Source: Euglena gracilis (lineage: Eukaryota). Taken from it: DNA of 64,000 nucleotides. The stretch spans positions 11,340,716-11,404,715 of the forward strand of contig CP154954.1 of assembly GCA_039621445.1 (NCBI GenBank), read 5' to 3'. Shown here piece after piece: positions 10,800 through 20,530 of the stretch. Made by a program: the position numbers and the translations under genes. Position 1 is the first letter of the stretch; each line of letters opens with the position of its first letter. Under the pieces are notes generated by a model. That model was given only the letters and a program-made list of their open reading frames with translations, did not search any database and was not told the origin of the DNA.

Positions 10800-10903
10800 C
10801 TTTTTTTTTTTTTTGTGCTGTATAACAACAACACGGCGGGTAGCACAGCTTCACCCAGACCGTGCCCCGGGCCCAGGGAGATGTCTCTTTTGGCCCTCGC
10901 CAC
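10800..10903 (-). mobile_element. Very short 3' stub of a non-LTR element with poly(A)
   Basis: 10835-10903 matches the 3'-terminal motif at 2419-2485 and is followed on the minus strand by an A14 tail (T-run 10801-10814). Confidence 0.6.
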
Positions 10904-11291
10904 TTTCTTTTGCTTTTCACGCAATTCCGAATTTTCGCGTGAATTCGAGCACATGACAAAAAGAAAAGTTCACCACTCCATTTGAGTCGAATTCTGGGTC
11001 CAACCACGCCTCCCATCAGCCGTTATTTCATTTCCAGAGAATCGGTCAAATTTCACATGCACTGAAATTTGATGTTTGATGATAGTTGTTTTAAACTTGG
11101 ACCAGTCTGGTTTGCAACAGGGGGACCTTGGGGTTTTCTGGATTTTTTTGCTTCAAACCAAAGGGTCCAGTGATTCTGTTTTTCCCATTCTCAACACTTG
11201 CCCATTAATATTTTTTTTAGCACAATTGTTGAAGTTGTCTAAGTTAGTTCCGAATTCAACTTCTTCACCAGTGGTTTTTTTCCAGAGCAAA

Positions 11292-11641
11292 ATGATCGGT
11301 CACGCCCTGCAAGCCGCCACCGGCCGACGTGAGCACCACCCTGCTTTGGTTATGTACCTTCTCACCATCCTTCTCCTCTGTCTTGCCATCCTCCTGGGGT
11401 TCATTGCGCTGTTTGTTCCCTGGGTTCAAATGGATGCCGCCATCGGCACCCGTGTCTTTTCGTACCCATTCAAGACGTGCTATGTTCAAACCTTCAGCCC
11501 TGTACATCAGCAGACTTGCATGGACAACGACTTCATCGTCGGCCCCAAGGGTGCCCCCTTGACCGGAGGAAACAACACGTGCAAGCAATTCCTCCTTGTT
11601 GCGATCGCCCTTGGGTTCGTTGGCTTCCTTATTGCACTTCT
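11292..11641 (+). CDS. Exon 1 of a claudin/PMP22/amastin-like tetraspan membrane protein (257 aa spliced)
   Basis: Polypyrimidine tract + AG (trans-splice acceptor, 11284-11285) just before the ATG at 11292. TM1, a Cys-containing loop and the start of TM2. Splices in frame to 27046; the junction has a CTG repeat, so the boundary is +/-2 nt. Confidence 0.8.
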
Positions 11642-12223
11642 GACAAGGGTTTCGGCTCTCATACTCATACTCTTTCACGCACTTTTCCTCAGTCGATCCA
11701 CACCAAAACTACTCGATTCACACCCTTTCTTCCCCCTATGCTTTGACGTCACAAATCACAGATGATGTTGACCTTATGACGTCATTCCTCAGCTGCACAC
11801 TCCTGTGTGACGTCACACGGTTCCAACTGAACAAGGCGGAATAGGGTGTGGATGGACTTATGAAATTGATGCACAGGCATGAGATATGGAGGTCGGTCTG
11901 ACCAGGTCGGCCCGTCCTCCACTTTTTCATTTGATTGGTTCAAAATGAAAGGAACCACAGCGTTCAAACAAAACTTCCAAAAATGGCCAAAAAAGCCAGC
12001 TCCATAAATCCTGGCATAAGTCCTGGCATCATAAACTGAAAATATTTCGGAAACAAGATTCTTGCTGATACTGCGGGAACAGATGGGAAATTTTGTTTTT
12101 GAACCCTTTTCGGGGAAACCAACCCTCACGGTTCCAGAGCGGCTCGGTGTTTGACCCGGTCCAAAATCCATGTTTCTTTTCCCATCCATGTTTCATTTTA
12201 GCTTGTTGTGTGTGGAGCACTTT

Positions 12224-12386
12224 GGGTACCCCTTCGTTAAACGACCCCCACCGAAAATTTTCAAGTTGGATGGGTTATTTGAGGAGTAGGGTTAGGGCAA
12301 CATGGCCATGTTGCCCTAACCCTACCTCCTTCAAATGACCCAATGATAACCCATTTGGGTGGGGGTCGTTTAGCGAAGGAGTACCC
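12224..12386. mobile_element. Small TIR element with a 5-bp TSD
   Basis: TIRs GGGTACCCCTTCGTTAAACGACCCCCACC / GGTGGGGGTCGTTTAGCGAAGGAGTACCC; ACTTT at 12219-12223 and 12387-12391. Confidence 0.65.
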
Positions 12387-12646
12387 ACTTTTGTTACTCC
12401 TTCGCTAAACGACCCCCACCCAGAATTTTACAAGTCGGCCTTGGAAAAGAATAAAAAGAAAAACAGGGTTAGGGTTCGGGTTGGGTCAGGGTCAGGGTGG
12501 GGTTAGGGTCAGGGTGCATCGCACAATAACGTGATAAATTGGCCCCTACAGGGTACCAGCTACCCCAAAGACCCGCCCAACCAGGGTTAATACACATGGG
12601 TGGACCCTCGCTCTGCGCCTTCGGCGCCTTGCTCGGGTCCACCCAT

Positions 12647-15600
12647 GTTTTTTATACACAAATTGTGGCTGAGCCCAGATTTCAGCCTGAAAACGTGTTC
12701 AGCCAGGGGGCCCCCGAAGGGGGCCCCCTGGCTGAACACGTTTTCAGGCTGAAATCTGGGCTCAGCCACAATTTGTGTATAAAAAACGTGTTCAGAGCCC
12801 GCCAAATGCCTGCCCTGAAATTCGTGGTCATGATTCACGCAAGGGGTCAAAAACGCGAATTTGTGAAATTCGGACCCAAAAAAACGGCGCCCTCACTGAA
12901 AACGTGCCTGAACACAGATGCCTTCACTGAAAACGTGTCATTGCCACAAATGCCCTCACTGAAAACGTGCCTGAACACAGATGCCTTCACTGAAAACGTG
13001 TCATTGCCACAAATGCCCTCACTGAAAACGTGTCACCCCCCCTTTTTTTCTTTTTTTCCTTTTTCCCACAGCCCTGCCAATATGGCCAAACGCACGGCAA
13101 ACTTTGTGAATGGTCTTTTGCCACCACCCCCTAGGACGAAACTGTTCCTGGCTGCTTGCCAAGAAGCCGAAGGTTGACCCTTCATGGCACCTTGCTGGCA
13201 CAGGGCAACACAAAGAAAAAGTCCGGCTCCGTGGGTGCAGAGCTTGCTGCTGTTGCCAACTGTTTGGAGTTCGCCAAACTGTGTCAACATCGGCAAGCCT
13301 CTTATCCTGAGCTGGATGCTTTCTTTGTTGCCTGGACGGGATGGGAGCTGGAACCCAGCCTGTTGTTCGATCAGGCGAGCGTCATCGAACAATGTGTGGC
13401 TCAACGTGAGCAGCAGTCGGGTCGAAAATCAGGACCTGACCAGTGTTCCCTCTGTCTTTCCCACCGCCGAGCAACGTTCCGCTCCTGCGGTCAGCTCTGT
13501 TCCCTCCCCTGACCAACCCCCTGTGCCTCGTGCTGTGTCGACTGCCTATAAAACAGGAGAAATGTGGTTTTTGTGGTGTTGCCATTCCGAAAAATCCAAA
13601 TTGTGTGGAGCTGAACAAAGTTGTGTGTGACGCCTGCGGTTTGGCATATCATTTTCATTGCCAAGATTTGCGGCGGCCAAAGTATGGCTCTTTTTTGTGT
13701 AAAGCCTGTCGTGTGCCGTGATTTTTGCCCCTTCCCTGTCGTTGTGCCAAGGCAACCTAGCCTTCTTGTTGTCGTCTTCTTCGTGTTGTAGAGTGCCCCC
13801 GACCTGCCTCACCCGTTGAGGACCACCCGGCCTCTCAACCGCACGCCGATTTTTCCTGATAGCGATTTTCGTTTCTTGCTGGGGGTTGCCACAGATGCCC
13901 TCACTGAAAACGTGCCTGAACACAGATGCCTTCACTGAAACCGTGTATTGGGGCTCTGGCTTCACGCCCGAACCGGCGTTCCAGAACGCCGGTTCGGCGC
14001 AGAAATTTTTGCGCCGAACCGGCGTTCTGGAACGCCGGTTCGGGCGGGAAGATAGCGTCCAGGGGACCGAAAATAAAAAGTGCCAAAAAGTGTTCAAAAT
14101 GCTTAGTAGACATGTGGCAATCACATTTGAGCAGTTTTTGGGGGGTAATTGGCCAGATATTGGGGTATTTTGTGCAACAATTTCCATTCGGCCAAATTTA
14201 GGGAATTTTTGAAATAGAATACCATGCAGCACACCTGAAATCTGAGGCCATCTGCTGAAAGCCCCTGAGAAGAGCTTTCGATCGATGGGCAACATGGCCG
14301 GTGAAACATGGGAATTTCGACTTTGAAAACAGGGTCGGAAAATGCTATCGCCGATTTTCAGAGTGCTCTGCAGTATAGCTGAGTTCTGTGGGTACCAAAT
14401 GAAAGGCCTTGGCGAGAGCTTTCGATTGATGTGCTGTATGGCACCTCAGGTGTGGGATTTCACAAATTAGGATGTCAAATTTTGGAATGCACGATCGCTG
14501 AAAATAAGCGCTGTGTGGATTATTGCTGAATCCTGTGGCCATCTGCCAAAAGCACTTGAGAAGAGCTTTCGATCGATGGGTAACATGGCACCAGACGTTT
14601 GAAAACTTCAATCGGCCGGTCGATATGGCCATGCGCCCAAAGGAGCCCAAAAATGCTCCAAAATGTTCGAAAAATGGGTATTTAGGCCGAAATTGGCCTG
14701 GATTCCTTGAACGCCGGTTCGGGCGTGAAGCCAGAGCCCCTAATCCACGGTTTCAACAACTGTGTCCAGAACGCCGGTTCGGACCAGGGAACTGTGTTCC
14801 AGAACGCCGGTTCGGGCTGCCGCCCGAACCGGCGTTCTGGAACACAGTTCCGTGGTCCGAACCGGCGTTCTGGACACAGTTTTCGTATCAGAAGGCTCCG
14901 TGCGGATTTCCGGTGGTCGTCATCGTGGAGGTCGGGCCGACCATGATCGGGTCGTACAATTTAGTCGGCCGTCCATGGTCGGCCCGACCTGTGGAGGTCC
15001 GGCCGCCCACCATTTTTTTCGCACCACCCCCCCCCCCCCGGTTCCGTGCGGATTTCTGGTGGTCGCCATCGTGGAGGTCGGGCCGACCATAACCTAACCC
15101 TACCTCCTCCTACTCCTTCATTGACCGGCTTGAAAAATTTCAAGTCATCTGACCAGTCATCTGACCAGTTCAGGTCCCAATCTGACCAGCAACAGATTTC
15201 AAGTCAGAGGACAACAGGCCGGCTGTTCAGAAACGTGATAAATTGGGCCCTACAAGGTACCAGCTACCCCAAAGAGCCGCCCAACTAGGGTTAATACACA
15301 TGGGGGGACCCTCGCTCGGCGCCTTCGGCGCCTCGCTCGGGTCCCCCCATGTTTTTAACCCTAGTTGGGCGGCTCTTTGGGTTCGCTGGGTACCTTGTAG
15401 AGACCAATCTAACAACGTTGAGCGGGAAATGTTCTGCTGTTTGGATAAGAATCGTAACCCTAACCCTACTCCTTCAAATAACCTCATAAATTCTCTTTGG
15501 ACACAGGAAAACGCCATCAGCATACTTGAGTGCTAAGTCCTTTTTGTGCAAAATTTTGCCATTATATTGAAAATCCGATGGGGAGAGGTGTTCTTTTGCC

Positions 15601-16048
15601 AAAAGTGGCCCAAAATGGGCATATCCCCCCCAAGTTTTTTCATATCCACCCCCGATTGGGGGGTTCTGGAGCCATTTGGGTGGGTTTTGACTGGTGTTGG
15701 GGTGATTTGGACAAAAGTTTTTTTCAGGGGGGGGGGGGCTTAAATCTCCAAAAAGGGGGGGGGGGGAGTGCAAAAAAATGGTGGTCGGGCCGACCAGGTC
15801 GGGCCGACCTCCACAGGGGGTCATGGTCGGGCCGACCATGGTCGGCCCGACCTCCACAGCGACCACCACCGGAAATCCGCTCGGGGCCTTCACTGAAAAC
15901 GTGTCATTGCCACAAATGCCCTCATTGAAAACGTGCCTGAACACAGATGCCTTCACTGAAAACGTGCCATTGCCACAAATGCCCTCATTGAAAACGTGTT
16001 CATGACCACGAATTTCAGGGCAGGCATTTGGCGCTGAACACGTTTTTA
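12647..16048 (+). mobile_element. Hairpin+TIR element carrying a PHD-finger pseudogene
   Basis: Perfect 141-bp palindrome 12647-12787 with a GAA loop. Inverted repeats 12780-12833 / 16000-16048. Subterminal CACTGAAAACGTG repeats. Interrupts a foldback repeat whose intact copy is at 15234-15410. Confidence 0.75.
13082..13721 (+). pseudogene. Frameshifted PHD-finger protein gene
   Basis: Pyrimidine tract + CAG acceptor, then ATG at 13082. C-terminal C4HC3: CGFC...CDACGLAYHFHC...CKAC. Confidence 0.75.
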
Positions 16049-16164
16049 ACCTTGGTTGGGCGGCTCTTTGGGTTCGCTAGAGGCCAATATAACGAACCTG
16101 AGTGGGAATGGTTCAACTGTTTGCATGAGACTCTTAACCCCAACCCTACTCCTTTAAATTATAT

Positions 16165-17381
16165 AAAAATCGTGGGCATAACCCGTATACAGGCCGTATA
16201 ACGGGTCAAGGGCGCCGTAGGCGCCCTTGACCCGTTATACGGCCTGTATACGGGTTATAGCCCACGATTTTTCTGTAACCGTTAATTAAGAGGCCCGGCG
16301 CCTGCCCTGTATTTCGTTGATGTGCTTCACGCCATGGTTTAGGGCACTTTTGGGGCGTTTTTTTTTGCCCAAAATTTTCAAAAAATCCAATTCACGAAAT
16401 ACAGGCTGTATTTCGTGAATACCCAATTCACAAATACAGCCTGTATTCGTGAATTGAAAATAACGCCCTGTATTCCGTGAATAGACACCAAAATGTGAAA
16501 ACATTGGCCAGATGACCTGGAACACATTGATAACACACCCCTGGTCCTGGAAAACGAGATATGGATGTAAAGCCAAGTTATAGGGGGGCACTTTGGGGGG
16601 GGGGGGGGCGGCGCCGAAGGCGGCCGGTCCCCCCGCAAAGGCCCCCACAATGCTTTTCGTTTTTAGAGCTTTTTAGTGCCATTTTCACACCTTCACACCA
16701 TGTTTCTCCTCACACTGTTCTCCAAAAAATGGCGAAGAAAGCGGCAAACACCATGGACAGAATGTTCACACAACCCCAAAAGTTGCTGAATTTTTGGCCA
16801 CAATTAAGCAGGGTTGGGAGAACAGAAAGAACCCTACTGTTGACCCCCTGCACGATGACCTTCTGCTGGAGGCTGACAAAAAGAAAGCGTCCGGAATGGA
16901 AGGGACAGAGCAATCCGCATTTGCTCACCTCCTTGAAATCGAGTGCAGTGCGATGTTTGTTCCCTTTCATACCACTGGCGTTGTGTGCATTTATGCATGA
17001 GCCCAAACATGGGTCATGGGTGTGTCATTCGTGCAAACCTCGTTAGCTTTCCCGGCGTAAATCCACGGCACTTTGCTATCTGACGTTGCACTAGTTGTGC
17101 ACCGCCTTCATTTATCACCTAGGACATGCCATTCGATTTTCTTTTGCTTTGTGCATTTGGTTTTTTTCTGAATTACTTCAGACGATGTGATGCAAGAAGG
17201 TTTCTAGTTTCAGAAGCTGTTATAAAAACAAAAAAATACAATTCACGAAATACGGCCTGTATTTCGTGAATACCCAATTCACAAATACAGCCTGTATTCG
17301 TGAATTGAAAATAACGCCCTGTATTTCGTGTTCACACCCACGAAATACAGGGCAGGCTCCGGGCCTCAATTCACGGTTACA
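16165..17381 (+). mobile_element. Second hairpin+TIR element with an internally deleted PHD-gene homolog
   Basis: Palindrome 16165-16272 with a GTA loop. Inverted repeats 16274-16317 / 17340-17381. Subterminal CACGAAATACAG repeats. Confidence 0.75.
16729..17046 (+). pseudogene. Deleted homolog of the 13082-13721 PHD protein
   Basis: MAKKAAN vs MAKRTAN; VDPLHDDLLLEADKKKASGMEGTEQSAFAHLLE vs VDP-HGTLLAQGNTKKKSGSVGAELAAVANCLE; PKHGSWVCHSCKP vs PKYGSFLCKACRV. Confidence 0.7.
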
Positions 17382-17395
17382 ACGTCATTACTACA

Positions 17396-18315
17396 AAAAA
17401 GAGGTGGCGGACGCCGGTTCTGTCCAAAGCCCGGCGTCCGGAACGGCGGGCTTTGGACAGAACCGGCGTCCGCCACTTCTTGTTTAAGCCGGCGTTTTAG
17501 AGACGCCGGGCTCAGGACAGAACCGGCGTCCCCAACCTTCGGCCAAAGGACACTCCCAGGACCAATCTCCGACCACTGATCTGCAATGTCACACCACTTT
17601 GCACTTCACCAAATTCCGGCGATCGCGAGGGTATTTCTGGCTGTGTCAATCGTCCAGGTATAAAATCACCCCTCGATCAAAAGCTCTTTTCATCAGACGA
17701 CTGGCGATCACCACCAAATTCAGCCACGTCGCCTGGAGCTCTTATTTTCTGTCAGTGGGAAATCCTAATTTCACAACTCTGGTGCCCCCCCAAGGCCCTC
17801 AGGTCGTTGATTCGAAGAGGAAAAACGTTTCTGTAGGGTTTATTCAGCATCTTAAACCAAAAGTCACTGAAGATTGCTACAAATTTCGACTCAGATTCTG
17901 GCCGATCCGACCATCGCGAGCGTATCTCGGGCTGCGTGCAACGTTAGGGTACCAAGTTACCCCTCGATCGAAAGCTCTTTTCAACAGACGACCAGCGGTG
18001 CTCATCAGATCTTTCCACGCTGCACGGTACTCTATTTCCAAATCTGGGCCGATTTTCATGAGATTTGGATATCCACCCCACTGGTCCCCAGATGGCAAAA
18101 TTCATTGTCTTTGATGGTTGAAACACTCATACCAGCACCTTAGGGCCACTTTTGGGCACTTTTGGTGACATTTTTAGGAATGAAAATCGGACGCCGGGCT
18201 TTGGACAAAACCGGCGTTCCTAATGCCGGGCTTTAGGACAGAACCGGCGTCCGGAAAGCCCGTGGGGGGGGACGCCGGTTCTGTCCTGAGCCCGGCGTCT
18301 CAAACGCCGGCTTAA
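17396..18315. mobile_element. Third hairpin+TIR element (non-coding)
   Basis: Palindrome ~17396-17483 abuts the TIR TTAAGCCGGCGTTT...GACGCCGGGCTCAGGACAGAACCGGCGTCCC (17484-). Its inverse ends in CTTAA at 18315. Confidence 0.7.
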
Positions 18316-18401
18316 TACCAAATTTTGGGGCTCAAGGGGGCTTCCTTGTCCACATGGGTGGAACGAGTGTATACTGAAAAAAATAGACACTCAGACAGTG
18401 T
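18316..18401 (-). ncRNA. Spliced-leader (SL) RNA gene copy, possibly a pseudogene, 3' end abutting a TIR element
   Basis: Minus strand: 27-nt exon ACACTGTCTGAGTGTCTATTTTTTTCA, then donor GTATAC, a TCCAC/GTGGA stem-loop and an Sm-like site AAAATTTGG (18326-18318). The exon matches the SL at 1101-1127 in 25/27 positions. Confidence 0.85.
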
Positions 18402-18687
18402 ACACAGTACACGGAGCGGGGCGGACAAGGAGCCCCACCGGGCATTCACTAAGGTGGGCGGGCGGTTTGACGGTTTCGGCGCTTGCTCTTTGATTTCGCT
18501 GGATGTCAAATTTTTGGCTCGGCGCTTCGCACCGGGCCGAAAATCGGTCACCCGGACCACGTTTAGGTGGGGGGGGCCCCCCCCCCCCCCAGCTGTCCTT
18601 ATATCGAACCCTGGTCGACCCCCCCCACCAGGCCCTCCTGTTTTGCCCTGCCAGAGGGTCACGGTGAGAGGTGCGGTTGGGGTTTTA

Positions 18688-18950
18688 CCCCCCCCCCCCC
18701 TAGTCGTACGACCACCCCTCATTTACGACGACCCCCCCGGTCACAGGTTGCAGGTCATGGGGGTGTTATGACCCCCCCCCCCCCGGTCACAGGTTGCAGG
18801 TTGCGAAAAACTTAACACCACCTTCCCTATGACCGCCACCTCATTTACGACCACCCCCCGGTCACAGGTTGCAGGTTATGGGGGTGTTATGACCCCCCCC
18901 CCCCCCGGTCACAGGTTGCAGGAACCCGGTCATACGACTAGGGGGGGGGG
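18688..18950. mobile_element. TA-flanked MITE
   Basis: TIRs C13-TAGTCGTACGACC / GGTCATACGACTA-G10, TA on both sides, internal tandem duplication. Confidence 0.65.
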
Positions 18951-19608
18951 TAGTCTTTTTTCGAATTGGGCCAAATTTTGACAAATTACCCTGTTTCTCA
19001 ATGTTCAGGATAGCAAATCCCCTTTTGGGCCGAAGGGTCGGTGGGCTTTATCTTTCTTCACCCCTGTTCATCTGCCGCCTTTGGGTTTCTGCCGCCTTTG
19101 GGTTTCCTTCTGTGTGCCAAGGTACGGCAGTGCCATGTGCAAACCCTACCCCCAGGGTTGGATGGGCAGCCCTTCGGTATTGAGGTAGGTGGTAGGGGGG
19201 GGGGTCGCTGAGCTCTTATCCCTTTATGGGTAAGAGCGAAGCTCACCCCTGGGGGAAAACCCCCCGAACCCCCCCCCCCCCCCGTCGGGGCCACCTCGGG
19301 AACCGGCGGATTATCACCATGATCCCGGCCCCGTTCCCGAAATTTTTTTTCAGTCGCGAGCGGCTGGATTTCTAGTTTCCGAATCACCTGGGTTTGACCC
19401 CCAACTCCCCGCCAGGCCCGAGTTATTCACGCGCGAAGGGGTCCAAACTGGGTAGGATCGGCCAGCCCCCCTTTTTAAGCCCCCCCCCCTTTGGACTCTG
19501 CCATTTCGGCCAAAAAAAAATGTCAATTTTCAAAATATCTCCAAAATGAAGCAAAATCAAAGGAAATGTCCGGAGACCTAATTTGAAGCCCTTGGAACGC
19601 CCCATCTA

Positions 19609-19789
19609 CCACCCCCCCCCCTTTATTGTCCCCCCCCCCCTTTATTGTCCCTGGGCCCCGGCCGACGGGGGGTTTTTTTGGCCCGGCCAATGAAATTCCT
19701 TTGGTACCCCTTTATTGTCCCCCCCCCCTTTATTGTCCGGTCGGGCCTCCCGGGGGCAGGTCGGTGGGACAATAAAGGGGGGGGGGTGG
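19609..19789. mobile_element. TA-flanked MITE
   Basis: TIRs CCA-Cn-TTTATTGTCCC / GGGACAATAAA-Gn-TGG, TA on both sides. Confidence 0.65.
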
Positions 19790-20109
19790 TACTGGTATTT
19801 TGATTTCCCCGCAACTCCCCGCCTAGCCCAAGATACGGCCGTTTTCGGCGCAGATGGCCGTTTTGTACACTTTTCCCACTGTTCGACCAAGTCGTTTTCG
19901 GGGGGGGGGTGGTCAAAAAATCGATGTTTTCAACATTCCTCAAAAATGATGCAAAATCAAAGGAAATGTCTGGAGACCTAAATTGAAGCCCTTGGAACGC
20001 TCTATCTACTGGGATTTGGTTTCCCCGCAGCTCACCGCCCAGCCCGAGATACGGGCGTTTTTTTGGCCAATTTAGGCCATTTTGTACACTTTTCGACTTA
20101 GCCGTTTTC

Positions 20110-20530
20110 GGCCAAAAAAGTCGAAATTTTTTTTGCCCGGAAGGATGTTTTTTTAGCCTCCCGGACCCAGAAAAACTGTTTTTGAGCCGAAAACGAGCGT
20201 TTTCCGACCTGCCGGCGCCCCGTTTTGGGCCGCCAACTTTGGGTCAAAACCGGGTCAAAAAAGTCGAAAAAAATCGAAAAATATGCTTTTTGCCCGAAAC
20301 GATGTTTTTTGGCCTGCCGGACCCAGAAAAACTGTTTTTGAGCCGAAAACGAGCGTTTTCCGACCTGCCGGCGCCCCGTTTTGGGCCGCCAACTTTGGGT
20401 CAAAACCGGGTCAAAAAAGTCGAAAAAAATCGAAAAATATGCTTTTTGCCCGAAACGATGTTTTTTGGCCTGCCGGACCCAGAAAAACTGTTTTTGAGCC
20501 GAAAACGAGCGTTTTTCGACCCGCCAGCGC
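20110..20530. repeat. 156-bp tandem repeat (~2.7 copies; resumes at 23596)
   Basis: AGCCGAAAACGAGCG recurs at 20185, 20341 and 20497. Confidence 0.85.

Noticed and set aside
11076-11765. 229-aa single-exon ORF as the full gene
   Set aside because: The start is non-ATG and upstream of the trans-splice acceptor, and the 3' part is intron. The spliced 4-exon model explains it better.
12466-12515. Telomere (TTAGGG-like tract)
   Set aside because: Short, degenerate and internal to repeats.
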